A stretch of DNA of 64,000 bases from positions 3,256-67,255 of the forward strand of contig JAPDJV010000009.1 in assembly GCA_029258925.1 (NCBI GenBank), read 5' to 3'. How positions within the stretch are numbered: position 1 is the stretch's first letter; every line of letters begins with the position of its first letter. The DNA comes from Thermoproteota archaeon. GTDB lineage: Archaea > Thermoproteota > Thermoprotei_A > EX4484-217-1 > JAPDJV01. A program made the position numbers and the translations under genes. A model generated the notes under the pieces. That model searched no databases. It saw nothing but the letters and a program-made list of their open reading frames with translations, and was not told the origin of the DNA. Of this stretch, positions 40,661 through 50,487 are shown one piece after another.

Positions 40661-41809
40661 GTGGGGCGAGTGATTGTGAGTAATATTGGAGGCCGCAAGC
40701 TAGACCATATAGAAATATGTCTGTCAAGGTTTGTGGAAGCTAGGGTCTCCCCCGGATTTAACGATATTTACTTCATTCATAGTTGCATTCCAGAGTTGAA
40801 TCTGGATGAAATAGATATTTCAACAATGTTTCTCGGGAAGAGGCTGGAGGCACCATTCATAATATCAGGAATTACAGGAGGACACGAGAAGAGCCGTCAA
40901 ATAAACAAGGTGATTGCAGAGGTAGTAGGAGAACTAGGCCTAGGTATGGGTGTAGGGAGTCAGAGGGCAGCTATAGAATGTCCCTCTCTCGAATACACGT
41001 ACTCTGTTGTCAGAGAAGTTGCTCCCAGTGCTCTGATAATAGCAAACATAGGTGCTTCCCAAGTGGTTAAGGGTTATGGCATCAAAGAGATTATGAGAGC
41101 CATAAAAATGGTGGATGCCGATGCAATAGCAATTCACGTAAATCCTCTTCAGGAGAGCCTTCAGCTGGAAGGAGAAGCCCAGTGGAAGGGCTTCCTCTCT
41201 AAATTATCGGATATAGTATCAAATCTGGAAGTACCAGTAATAGTAAAGGAGGTAGGTTGCGGCATTTCTATGGAGGATGCTAGATTATTGTGGGATTCAG
41301 GAATAAGATACGTTGATATAGCTGGTCTAGGCGGTACAAGCTGGGCTGCAGTGGAAATGTATAGAGCTGAGAAACACGGTTTAGAGGATTTAGCTGCTGT
41401 TGCCAGAACGTTCTGGGACTGGGGAATTCCGTCAGCAGTCTCTCTAGTTGAAGTAAAATTGGCTGCTCCTGAACTAAAGGTTATAGGCAGTGGCGGCGTT
41501 AGAAGCGGGATAGATGCTGCCAAGCTTCTATCACTGGGAGCAGATGTAGTTGGATTGGCTTTGCCCGTACTTCGTGAAGCAGCTAAGGGTAGAAGAGCGC
41601 TGAAGAAATATCTCGAAAGACTAATAAAGGAGTTGAAAATTGCCATGTTTCTTATTGGAGCTGCAAATTTAGGCGAATTGAGGAAGAAGCAAATTATAAT
41701 TACTGGAAAAACTAGAGAATGGCTTGAAATAAGGGGAGTGAACGTTAAGAAATTGTGTAAAATTGACAGAAACATGTATGAGGTTTATTATCATGAAGAG
41801 AATACTTGA
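40661..41809 (+). CDS. fni: isopentenyl-diphosphate delta-isomerase, type 2 (FMN-dependent)
   Basis: 382 aa; KLDHIEICL ... ISGITGG ... GVGSQRAAIE ... TIM-barrel IDI-2 motifs. Confidence 0.85.
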   Translation: MGRVIVSNIGGRKLDHIEICLSRFVEARVSPGFNDIYFIHSCIPELNLDEIDISTMFLGKRLEAPFIISGITGGHEKSRQINKVIAEVVGELGLGMGVGSQRAAIECPSLEYTYSVVREVAPSALIIANIGASQVVKGYGIKEIMRAIKMVDADAIAIHVNPLQESLQLEGEAQWKGFLSKLSDIVSNLEVPVIVKEVGCGISMEDARLLWDSGIRYVDIAGLGGTSWAAVEMYRAEKHGLEDLAAVARTFWDWGIPSAVSLVEVKLAAPELKVIGSGGVRSGIDAAKLLSLGADVVGLALPVLREAAKGRRALKKYLERLIKELKIAMFLIGAANLGELRKKQIIITGKTREWLEIRGVNVKKLCKIDRNMYEVYYHEENT

Positions 41810-42791
41810 TTACTGTAGGAAAGTAAATGATATGATAATCCCTCTTATAGAGGATTTACTCTCTCAATGTCCTGAACCTTTGGCATCAGCCTCAAAATAC
41901 CTCATTCTCGCTGGCGGGAAAAGGCTTAGACCAACACTTCTTTTATTAGCGGTGAGAGTTTCAGGAGGCGATGTTGAGAAAGCTATTCCTGCGGCTGTGT
42001 CCATAGAGCTATTACATAACTTCACATTAATCCACGATGACGTCATGGATAGAGATGAAATGAGACGTGGAGTTCCCACAGTTCACAAGATTTGGGGAGA
42101 ACCCATGGCAATATTAGCTGGAGACTACTTGTTTTCTAAGGCATACGAGGCTCTCCTAAAACTTGTTGAAAATGGAATTGACTATGGGAGTGTCGTCGAG
42201 GCAACTAGGGTATTAACATGGGCTGCCTCCACCGTGGCAGAGGGCCAGTCATTTGACATAGAGTTTCAGGAGAGAGATGAAGTTGACGAGAGAGAATATA
42301 TTGAACTCGTTTGGAGAAAAACTGCTGCTTTATTCATTGCCTCCCTCAAAATAGGAGGGATAGTGTCTAAAGCCTCTTCTGAAACAATATCCCTTCTGGA
42401 AGAGTACGGTTACAACATGGGTATAGCATTCCAAATATATGATGACATATTGGGGGTTATAGCCGATGAGAAGAAGCTGGGTAAACCCTTATACAGCGAT
42501 ATAAGAGAGGGGAAGAAGACTATTATAGTAATACACGCGCTAAGCAAGGCTAATGCGGAAGATAGGGAAATACTGCTCTCAGCTTTAGGTAAACGAGATG
42601 CAACTATAAGAGAGCTTGCCTCAGCGGTAGAAGTTCTACGGAGAACCGGATCTATAGATTATGCTAGGAGAAAAGCTACATATTATGCTAAGAATGCTAT
42701 TAGCAAATTAAACAAGATTAAATCTCATGACGAAGAAGCGCTCGAAATGCTTAGAGAGCTGGCGTTGTTTGTTGTTGAAAGAGAGTTTTAA
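41793..42791 (+). CDS. idsA: geranylgeranyl diphosphate synthase (short-chain trans-prenyltransferase)
   Basis: FARM LIHDDVMDRDEMRRG and SARM IYDDILG motifs. The ATG at 41793 overlaps the end of idi2. Confidence 0.85.
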   Translation: MKRILDYCRKVNDMIIPLIEDLLSQCPEPLASASKYLILAGGKRLRPTLLLLAVRVSGGDVEKAIPAAVSIELLHNFTLIHDDVMDRDEMRRGVPTVHKIWGEPMAILAGDYLFSKAYEALLKLVENGIDYGSVVEATRVLTWAASTVAEGQSFDIEFQERDEVDEREYIELVWRKTAALFIASLKIGGIVSKASSETISLLEEYGYNMGIAFQIYDDILGVIADEKKLGKPLYSDIREGKKTIIVIHALSKANAEDREILLSALGKRDATIRELASAVEVLRRTGSIDYARRKATYYAKNAISKLNKIKSHDEEALEMLRELALFVVEREF

Positions 42792-42803
42792 AGATCCTAG
42801 TGA

Positions 42804-43364
42804 GTGAGCATAATGAAGTACTTAGACGTCTATTCTTTTCCCAAAATATTCATAGAACATGAGAACCTGCATTCCGGGAATAGAAGAGTAGTAGTGTTAG
42901 ACGGTGAAGACATTATAGAACTCGTAAATATTAGAGACTTCCATCCCAAGGGGAAAGCTAGGTTTTTCCTTCAAGAAGTATATGAAGACGCTTTAAATCA
43001 AATAATAGACTTGGAGGGGCGTGTAGTTAAGTTATCATTCATCGTATACGTGCCCTGGCATGGAAAATACATGCTAATCGAGAGAGGCACTGAGTTAGAT
43101 ATAATCGAGGTGAGCGGGAAGCAGGTTTTTCTTCTCGTTAGAGAAGGGGACTTGATACACTTTAACGATAAGATCGCAACTATTATTACAGGCAAAAGGG
43201 AGGCGAGAACTTTTAGAAGCCCCGCTAATGGAGTAATAGTATATATCAGTAGGATACTGGATATTACTACTAGAGATGTTTACATAGTATTAGTAGCAGA
43301 GGAAGGTGATGTACGTGCTTTCGAAGGACGTGGAAAGAATAATACTGAAGCATGCATTAATTAA
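42804..43364 (+). CDS. hypothetical protein (186 aa), overlaps the gltX start
   Basis: No recognisable motifs and a coding-like composition. Its 3' end overlaps the GluRS start by about 58 nt. Confidence 0.3.
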   Translation: MSIMKYLDVYSFPKIFIEHENLHSGNRRVVVLDGEDIIELVNIRDFHPKGKARFFLQEVYEDALNQIIDLEGRVVKLSFIVYVPWHGKYMLIERGTELDIIEVSGKQVFLLVREGDLIHFNDKIATIITGKREARTFRSPANGVIVYISRILDITTRDVYIVLVAEEGDVRAFEGRGKNNTEACIN

Positions 43365-45069
43365 TGCCATAAAGCATGATGGGAAAGCTATTCTAAAACC
43401 TGTTATCAGCAAAGTTATTGGTGAGAGACCAGACCTTAGGAGCTCGATTAAGGAAGTATATGAGCTCACCTCTAAGATTATAGAGTATGTAAACTCCCTC
43501 TCCCCTACGGAACAGAGGAGGAAGCTAGCAGAATACTCAATAACTGTTGAAGAATTGGAGAAAAGAGAGGTTGAAGTAAAAGAGCTTCCTCCTCTTCCCA
43601 ATGCAGAAAAGTATAAAGTAGTGAGAACAAGATTTGCTCCAAACCCAGATTTCGTTCTAACTCTTGGAAATGCTAGGCCCGCTGTACTGAGCTACGAGTA
43701 CGCTGTTAAGTATAATGGCAACTTTATTCTGAGATTCGAGGACACCGACCCCAAGACAAAGCCTCCTATTCTTGAAGCATATAATTTAATAAGAGAGGAC
43801 CTTAAGTGGCTTGGTATAAAATGGGATCTAGAGGTAATACAATCCAAAAGAATGGAGATATACTATGAGTACGCCGAGAAATTAATAGAGCTTAGAGGGG
43901 CATACGTTTGTACATGTAGTAGAAAGGAATTCAAAGCTTTAAGGGACTCTATGAAACCTTGTCCTCACAGAGAGCACACTGTCAGTGAAAACAAGGCACT
44001 CTGGAACCGTATGTTGATGGGTGACTTCAACGAGGGGGAAGCCGTACTTAGAGTGAAGACTGATCTAAATCATCCCGATCCATCTATTAGAGATTGGGTA
44101 GCTTTTAGAATAATCGATACCGAGAGACATCCCCATCCGCTCACGGGATCAAAGTATGTTGTTTGGCCAACATATAATTTTGCATGTGGAATTGATGACC
44201 ACTTACTTGAAATAACTCACATACTCAGAGCTAAAGAGCACGTTCAGAACACTGTTAAGCAAACATACTTGTACAAGCATTTTAGCTGGAACTATCCAAC
44301 TGCAATACACTTCGGGAGACTAAAGTTTTCAGACTTCATCTTAAGTAAATCTAAAATTAGAAGATTCCTAGAGGAAAATCCCCAAGAATTTGAGGGCTAT
44401 GACGATGTTAGATTTGGAACGCTGAGAGCTTTAAGGAGGAGGGGGATTCAGCCTGAAGCTATTAGGCAGATAATGATAGAGGTTGGAATAAAGCCTAGTG
44501 AAGCAACGATCAGTATGAAGAACATTGCAGCTGCGAACAGGAAGCTTCTGGATCCAATAGCCCCTAGATTAATGTTCGTTGAGAGTCCCGTAAAGGTACT
44601 TGTTAAAAACTTGGATTCTATAAGAGCGAATATACCTCTACATCCGTCAAATACTAGTTTAGGGTCGAGGAGTTATGTTTTGGAAAAGATAAATGGAACA
44701 CTAGAACTATACATATCATTTAATGATGTCCCCTTATTTAAGGAGAACAAACTAGTTAGACTTATGGGACTAATGAACGTTGCTCCGATTAGGGCATCTG
44801 AAGATGTTGTAGTGGTGGAGTTCAAGGGGGTGGATGTGCATGAAGCGAGGAAAGCGGGAGCTCCAATAATCCAATGGTGTCCCCCCGGCTCTCTTAAAGC
44901 TATTATTAAAAAACCTGAAGGCCTTGTTCTTAGAGAGATAAATGGGATCATAGAGCCCTACGTGGAAAAAATTGGAGTGGATAGTGTTGTTCAGCTAATA
45001 AGATTTGGCTTTGCTAGGATAGAAAAATACGATAACGGGGCAGTTATCATATACTATGGTCACGATTAA
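43306..45069 (+). CDS. gltX: glutamyl-tRNA synthetase (archaeal/eukaryal-type class I)
   Basis: 587 aa; FAPNPDFVLTLGNARPAVLSY (HIGH-region equivalent), ILRFEDTDP, KISKS-like LSKSK; catalytic and anticodon-binding domains. Confidence 0.9.
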   Translation: MMYVLSKDVERIILKHALINAIKHDGKAILKPVISKVIGERPDLRSSIKEVYELTSKIIEYVNSLSPTEQRRKLAEYSITVEELEKREVEVKELPPLPNAEKYKVVRTRFAPNPDFVLTLGNARPAVLSYEYAVKYNGNFILRFEDTDPKTKPPILEAYNLIREDLKWLGIKWDLEVIQSKRMEIYYEYAEKLIELRGAYVCTCSRKEFKALRDSMKPCPHREHTVSENKALWNRMLMGDFNEGEAVLRVKTDLNHPDPSIRDWVAFRIIDTERHPHPLTGSKYVVWPTYNFACGIDDHLLEITHILRAKEHVQNTVKQTYLYKHFSWNYPTAIHFGRLKFSDFILSKSKIRRFLEENPQEFEGYDDVRFGTLRALRRRGIQPEAIRQIMIEVGIKPSEATISMKNIAAANRKLLDPIAPRLMFVESPVKVLVKNLDSIRANIPLHPSNTSLGSRSYVLEKINGTLELYISFNDVPLFKENKLVRLMGLMNVAPIRASEDVVVVEFKGVDVHEARKAGAPIIQWCPPGSLKAIIKKPEGLVLREINGIIEPYVEKIGVDSVVQLIRFGFARIEKYDNGAVIIYYGHD

Positions 45070-45347
45070 AGTCAAGCTCCTCTCTAAAGGCCTTAATTAA
45101 ACATTACTCTAATGAGGGTGATGATCGCTTCGGTATTTTAAATCTTAAATCTAAACATTTTGATTCGAATAATGCAATTAGGATCTTTAGAAAAGCATTA
45201 AGGTATCCGTCATAACCAACATGAACATTAGCCAATATATCTTTCACTAACAATAATTACATTCCTGTCCGTCATCTCTAACTTTAAATACTTCTCCTAA
45301 TATATCAAGAAATCGCATGACGATGAAATGTTTGAGGATGAGTGGAG

Positions 45348-45731
45348 ATGTCAAAACCATTTTACGTGAGATTTGAAGTTCCCCCTGAACTGGCTGAAAG
45401 AGCATACGAAGCGTTGAAGAAAGCTAGGGAATCTGGTGGAAAAGTTAAGAAGGGTACTAATGAGACAACGAAAGCTGTTGAAAGAGGGCTAGCAAAACTA
45501 GTGTTGATAGCTGAGGATGTCGATCCCCCTGAAGTAGTTGCACATTTACCGCTACTATGTGAAGAGAAGAAGATACCCTATGTGTACGTACCTAGTAAGA
45601 AGAAGCTAGGTGAAGCAGCTGGAATAGAGGTCGCTGCAGCTAGTGCATGTATTATTGAAGCAGGAGAGGCAAAAGAGTTAATTAGAGAGATTATTGCAGC
45701 AATAAGCGAGCTGAAAACTAAGGGGGCTTAA
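45348..45731 (+). CDS. rpl7ae: 50S ribosomal protein L7Ae (K-turn binding)
   Basis: [59 protein letters not shown], nearly identical in pattern to crenarchaeal L7Ae. Confidence 0.9.
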   Translation: MSKPFYVRFEVPPELAERAYEALKKARESGGKVKKGTNETTKAVERGLAKLVLIAEDVDPPEVVAHLPLLCEEKKIPYVYVPSKKKLGEAAGIEVAAASACIIEAGEAKELIREIIAAISELKTKGA

Positions 45732-45807
45732 ACTAGTAATCTAAAATATCTAGTTTTTTACCTTAATTTTATGTGTAAAAAGCTTTTAATAAGAAGACAA
45801 GCTACTC

Positions 45808-46038
45808 TTACCGTCTCCTTGTTAATTTCCTCGCTTCCCTCTCTGTCTCTCTCAATATTAGGATATCCCCTATCCTCACAGGCCCCTTCACGTTTCTTGT
45901 AAGGACCCTGCCTCTATCCTTCCCCTCCAATATTCTGACACGTACTTGTATAACCTCTCCGTTTACACCCGTTCTACCTATTATCTGTATTACCTCTGCT
46001 GGGAATCCTAATTCCTCAACTATAGACGACGAACTCAT
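45808..46038 (-). CDS. rps28e: 30S ribosomal protein S28e
   Basis: 76 aa; [58 protein letters not shown]28e signature. Confidence 0.8.
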   Translation of the reverse strand: MSSSSIVEELGFPAEVIQIIGRTGVNGEVIQVRVRILEGKDRGRVLTRNVKGPVRIGDILILRETEREARKLTRRR

Positions 46039-46159
46039 ATTTTACCCCACAAGTTCTACGTGGAAACTTATTTATTAGGTTTCTCCTTTCTACGCATAAA
46101 GCTTATAATACTGCTTGCTTTTGAGGTAGAAGGGGACTAAGGGAGAAGGATGATAGAAT

Positions 46160-46339
46160 ATGCCGGTCATTAGGAAATGTAGTTTTTGTGGAGAGAGAAT
46201 AGAGCCGGGTACTGGTATGATGTATGTTAAGAACGATGGAACAATTTTATGGTTCTGCTCGAGTAAATGTAAGAAAAACATGTTAAAGCTGCGCAGAAAT
46301 CCTAAGAAAATGAAGTGGACGGCAAAGTATTCCCCTTGA
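46160..46339 (+). CDS. rpl24e: 50S ribosomal protein L24e
   Basis: 59-aa ORF missed by the 60-aa cutoff: [59 protein letters not shown] (C4 zinc-binding L24e). Confidence 0.85.
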   Translation: MPVIRKCSFCGERIEPGTGMMYVKNDGTILWFCSSKCKKNMLKLRRNPKKMKWTAKYSP

Positions 46340-46370
46340 ACTATATAAGTTCTATAGGGGAGTTGTCAAG

Positions 46371-46793
46371 ATGGTTGTCCAGAGGACTTTAGTCATAATT
46401 AAACCAGATGGAGTATCGAGAGGCCTTATAGGTGAAATTATTAGTAGAATAGAGAGGAAGGGTTTAAGGATAGTAGCATTGAAGATGATGAAGCTGTCCG
46501 TGAAGGATGCCGAGGAGATATATGCTGTCCATAGAGGAAAATTCTTCTTTAAAGAACTCATAGAATTCATGACCTCTGGGCCGATAGTAGCGATGATTGT
46601 TGAAGGTGATGAAGCGGTGAAGGTTATGAGAATAATGGTTGGGTCAACTGACGGTAGAGTAGCGAGTCCAGGGACGATAAGGGGAGATTATGCCCTATCT
46701 CCCTCACAAAACGTTGTACATGCATCGGATTCCCTAGAGGCTGCGGAGAGGGAGATAGGTGTTTTATTTAGGGAAGACGAAATATGTAGTTAG
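46371..46793 (+). CDS. ndk: nucleoside diphosphate kinase
   Basis: 140 aa; [26 protein letters not shown] ... NVVHASDS (active-site His) NDK signature. Confidence 0.9.
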   Translation: MVVQRTLVIIKPDGVSRGLIGEIISRIERKGLRIVALKMMKLSVKDAEEIYAVHRGKFFFKELIEFMTSGPIVAMIVEGDEAVKVMRIMVGSTDGRVASPGTIRGDYALSPSQNVVHASDSLEAAEREIGVLFREDEICS

Positions 46794-46814
46794 AGTTACG
46801 TCTTTTGAAGACAA

Positions 46815-49800
46815 TCATTTTACAAAAGGTGCAAATAAGGGGTCGATTTTTCTCTTCAACTTTACTATCTCCTTAAGTACGAGTAGTTCGTCGTCACTTA
46901 GTTCTGATCGAAACTTTGTTAACAAAGTACTTATATCTCTTTCAGACATATCTGTGTACATTAAATCTCCTTCTTCAATATGCCTGCCAACAATGGCCTT
47001 CCCCTTTATCGATATAGCTACTTGCATGCCAGTTCTTGCTTCAGGAATGGGTTTTCCTCGATCCTGTATTTGGAGTATCTCTCCTATTCTCCTACAGTCC
47101 TTTCTCATTACTGGATAGCCGGGTTTGATGACTCCCCCAAGGACTTCGACTCCAACTACTATTGGGGCACTCCTCCTGAAGACATATCCCGGAAGTATGC
47201 GTATTTTGCCCGGTCTTATTAGTGTAGCAAGCTGCCGCCTTTTCTCCTCCTCTTTCATTTTTACAAGCCAGTCCTCATATTCCTCTATTAGTCGATATAT
47301 AACATTGTTCATGAATATTTTGACCCCTTCTTTTGCAGCTTCCTCCTCTACGCCTGGCAGTATCTTCACGTTAAACGCTAATATGACCCCGTAATACTTG
47401 TTTGTCCTAGCAGTTATGGATGCTTCTATTATGTCCCGCTTTGTTATAGGGCCTACGTCGGCTAACCTAACGGGGATCCCTCTCCTCTTCAACGCATTAA
47501 CTATGGCCTCGAGTGTTCCAAGAGCATCTGCTTTTACTATGACTCCGCTGATTTCCTTCTTTATTCTAACCTCCTGGAGCTCCTCCTCAACCTTCTTTTT
47601 GTATTTCTCTATCTCCGAGGTTTCCCAAACCACGTATAGTGGGGAACCTGCTATGGTATCATCTAAGTTTGGTGCTGCTATCTTCACCCCCACTGCTGCC
47701 GATACTTCTTCCATACGCATAAACTTGTCTTCTGGCGATCTTATCTCTTGCAGAGGCTTTGGCATTAATAGGGCTCTTATTTTCGTGACTATTGGACCCC
47801 TCATACCCCCTACTACGATTAAGTCGTTTTTCCTTATTATCCCATCATATAGTATTATGTCCACTGTCGCTCCTAATCCAGGCTCCTCTTTCACTTCAAG
47901 AACTACTCCTTTACCAGGGCCTTCAGCATAGATCAGTCTTTTAGCCATGTACTGCTGTGTTAGACCTGCTAGAACAGCTAGGAGTTCAGGAATTCCTTCT
48001 CCAGTTACTGCTGAAACCGGAACTATTGCTATATTCCTCGTGAAGTCCCTGATTCTATCAAATCTGTCAGCCTTGAATCCTAGTTTGAACATCTCTCCTA
48101 TGATTTCATAGATTTTGTCGTCTAGTATTCTGATGGTGTTTGGATCTTGCTTACGTATTGATAGTAGGAATGGTTTCCCAGGCTGTGGCTTCCATCCATG
48201 TATTCTATCAATTTTATTGGCTGCTATCAGGAATGGGACTTTCCTCTGCCTCAATATTTCAATACTTTCATATGTCTGCTCTTGAAACCCCGATATTATG
48301 TCTACTACGAGTATGGCAATATCTGCTACGCTTCCACCCCTCATCCTAAGATTAGAGAAGAGTTCGTGGCCGGGGGTGTCAATGAATAGTAAACCGGGTA
48401 TTCTAAGGCTTATGGGAATGATTTTTTTGAGCGGTTTACATATGTTCTCTATAATTTTTGTAGGTATGAGGCTTGCACCCACGTGTTGTGTCATTGATCC
48501 GGGCTCCCTTCTTGCAACAGCAGTACCTCTAATCTTATCTAGGAGAGTAGTGTTGTGGACTATTATGCCATTAGCAATAAAGTTCTGTGTTGCTGGAACA
48601 GTTAAGTCATATAATGCTCCATTAAACTTAACTTTCTTAAGACCCTTAACTCTAATAAATGCGATATCGTCTAGTTGCGGCATCTCTCTCAAACAGTCCT
48701 TCAATAATATTGTAGAAGACTCCATGTTGCCTTCTCTCACACTAATCCCTTTGAAGCTACTAGACACTAGTTCATTTAATAGACGTCTTTTACTTGGACA
48801 CTTAAAGCCTATGTATTTCGTATAATTCTTAAGACTCTCGTAATCCTCTATGATGATGTTTCCTCCACCATTCTCTTCAAAAAACGTTGAAATAATACCG
48901 TATCTAAGGAGAAGCCATTTTATCTGTTTTAGGAAAATCTTAGAATGATGCGAGATCATTATTCTCCTACATTTTAAATCTACTTCTCCTCTTACATCAA
49001 AAAATCCTTTCAGAAATTCCGAGGAAATGTTGATTGGAGCTATTTGGACTATCTCCGGAATCTCTTCATATTTTATCTTCGGGTAGTTAAAGAATTCTTT
49101 TAGAATTAATCTAATACACCTAAAATACACACTACTAGAGTTATTTATACTTGGATCTATTATTGTAGCAATATTCTTCTCATATTCAGAGTGAGGGCAA
49201 TCCAAAATATCCACTTTGTCTATGGTCTCATTGAGGCCGGCCATTACTCCAGCTATGTAAAATGCTTCTTGCCACAGCTCTTTACTTTCAAGATGCTCGA
49301 AAATATTCTCCGTGATATTTCCAGCTGAATTATCATTGTGATACGCTTCAACTTTATCGGCTACGTATTTTTCGAAGTACCAGTCTTTAGCATTCGATTC
49401 TACTGCTTCACAATCGGTCTCGAAGGAACTTGTTTCGAATCCATGTTTATCGAGAACCTCCTTCAAGAATTCACTAAACTCCTTTCTGTAGGGTACTTTC
49501 TTAGGTACAGCTATATAATCATTAGTTGAAATAGCACGTGCCTTCTTCCACCCCTCAATAGTTAGAAATGGATGGTCAGGGGTAACCCTCACAGTACTCC
49601 CATTACTTAATTCAACTTCGAGCAGCTCTCCATCATATTTAATCCTCCATACTTGAGACGCACCTCTAGCTACTATTTTACCTCCATCAAGAGTGTAGAC
49701 TTCTATGTTTCCATTAACGTACTCGTACTCGCCATCTTTTACTATGTTCCCATTTTTGTCAAATAATTCAGAAATGGGGACAAATCTCCCATTATTTAGG

Positions 49801-49910
49801 AATACTATTTCATCTGGGTGTAGGCATTTACCGTGATCTACGTGACCTAAAACCACTACAATTGGCTGCCTAAGCTTTTTTTCCGCCGAATCCACTTTGT
49901 TCACCTTCAC
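46815..49910 (-). CDS. infB: translation initiation factor aIF5B (IF2 homolog) containing a 425-aa intein in the P-loop
   Basis: Extein GHVDHGK|...|TTLLDKIRG...DTPGHE...NKID, plus the beta-barrel and C-terminal domains of aIF5B. 1031 aa total against roughly 600 for an intein-free aIF5B. Confidence 0.9.
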   Translation of the reverse strand: MKVNKVDSAEKKLRQPIVVVLGHVDHGKCLHPDEIVFLNNGRFVPISELFDKNGNIVKDGEYEYVNGNIEVYTLDGGKIVARGASQVWRIKYDGELLEVELSNGSTVRVTPDHPFLTIEGWKKARAISTNDYIAVPKKVPYRKEFSEFLKEVLDKHGFETSSFETDCEAVESNAKDWYFEKYVADKVEAYHNDNSAGNITENIFEHLESKELWQEAFYIAGVMAGLNETIDKVDILDCPHSEYEKNIATIIDPSINNSSSVYFRCIRLILKEFFNYPKIKYEEIPEIVQIAPINISSEFLKGFFDVRGEVDLKCRRIMISHHSKIFLKQIKWLLLRYGIISTFFEENGGGNIIIEDYESLKNYTKYIGFKCPSKRRLLNELVSSSFKGISVREGNMESSTILLKDCLREMPQLDDIAFIRVKGLKKVKFNGALYDLTVPATQNFIANGIIVHNTTLLDKIRGTAVARREPGSMTQHVGASLIPTKIIENICKPLKKIIPISLRIPGLLFIDTPGHELFSNLRMRGGSVADIAILVVDIISGFQEQTYESIEILRQRKVPFLIAANKIDRIHGWKPQPGKPFLLSIRKQDPNTIRILDDKIYEIIGEMFKLGFKADRFDRIRDFTRNIAIVPVSAVTGEGIPELLAVLAGLTQQYMAKRLIYAEGPGKGVVLEVKEEPGLGATVDIILYDGIIRKNDLIVVGGMRGPIVTKIRALLMPKPLQEIRSPEDKFMRMEEVSAAVGVKIAAPNLDDTIAGSPLYVVWETSEIEKYKKKVEEELQEVRIKKEISGVIVKADALGTLEAIVNALKRRGIPVRLADVGPITKRDIIEASITARTNKYYGVILAFNVKILPGVEEEAAKEGVKIFMNNVIYRLIEEYEDWLVKMKEEEKRRQLATLIRPGKIRILPGYVFRRSAPIVVGVEVLGGVIKPGYPVMRKDCRRIGEILQIQDRGKPIPEARTGMQVAISIKGKAIVGRHIEEGDLMYTDMSERDISTLLTKFRSELSDDELLVLKEIVKLKRKIDPLFAPFVK
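48552..49826 (-). mobile_element. intein (Cys1 ... His-Asn C-terminus) with LAGLIDADG-type homing endonuclease domain, inserted after GHVDHGK of aIF5B
   Basis: Residues 29-453 of the aIF5B ORF: CLHPDEIVF ... (Hint block A), YIAGVMAG and FLKGFFDVRGEV (DOD motifs), ... NGIIVHN followed by the +1 Thr of the extein. Confidence 0.8.
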
Positions 49911-50051
49911 CTACAGTGATGTAGTCCACGCTTATATTAACTTTAATCCCTGCTTAGTGCAACATGTAAGTCAAGATAATCCTCATATAGTAGTATAGCT
50001 AAAAAGCTTTGAAAGGGAGAACTAGTAGATTGAAACACGGCACGTTGGAGG

Positions 50052-50450
50052 TTGACGCAGATGCCTGAATTCAAAATAGTGGTTTCAGATCCCACTACTG
50101 GGAAGGCTAAGCAAATCGCAGTGTCGGGGGAGAAAGCGCGTGTACTCATCGGCATGAAGATAGGTGACATCATTGACGGGGAATTGATTGGAATACCCAA
50201 AAAGAAGCTTCAGATAACTGGTGGTAGTGATAGTAGCGGTTTTCCTATGCGACCAGACATACCTGGTGGTAGAAAAATGAGGATTCTTTTAAGTGGAAGA
50301 CCAGGATATAGACCAAGGGAAAAAGGTATTAGGAAGAGGAAGACTGTGAGAGGAAACATTATAACTGAAGACATTATTCAAATAAATATGAAGATATTAA
50401 CAGAGGAGGAGCTGAAGAAGATAGAGAGTAAATCGAAGGGCAAAGAGTAA
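50052..50450 (+). CDS. rps6e: 30S ribosomal protein S6e
   Basis: 132 aa; FKIVVSDPTTGKAKQI...GFPMRPD...RILLSGRPGYRP S6e signature. Confidence 0.85.
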   Translation: MTQMPEFKIVVSDPTTGKAKQIAVSGEKARVLIGMKIGDIIDGELIGIPKKKLQITGGSDSSGFPMRPDIPGGRKMRILLSGRPGYRPREKGIRKRKTVRGNIITEDIIQINMKILTEEELKKIESKSKGKE

Positions 50451-50487
50451 ATAAGATTTAATTTGAGCTTAGAATATTTTATGGTGT

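Noticed and set aside
41161-41775. 204-aa minus-strand ORF inside idi2
   Set aside because: It is antisense to the IDI-2 gene and has a low-complexity Ser/Pro/Phe-rich translation.
46090-46281. 63-aa minus-strand ORF
   Set aside because: It overlaps the L24e gene (46160-46339, plus strand), which has a textbook C4 zinc-ribbon sequence.
47398-48825. Plus-strand ORFs (177 and 175 aa) inside infB and its intein
   Set aside because: They are antisense to the aIF5B/intein ORF, whose reading frame is continuous and homologous throughout.
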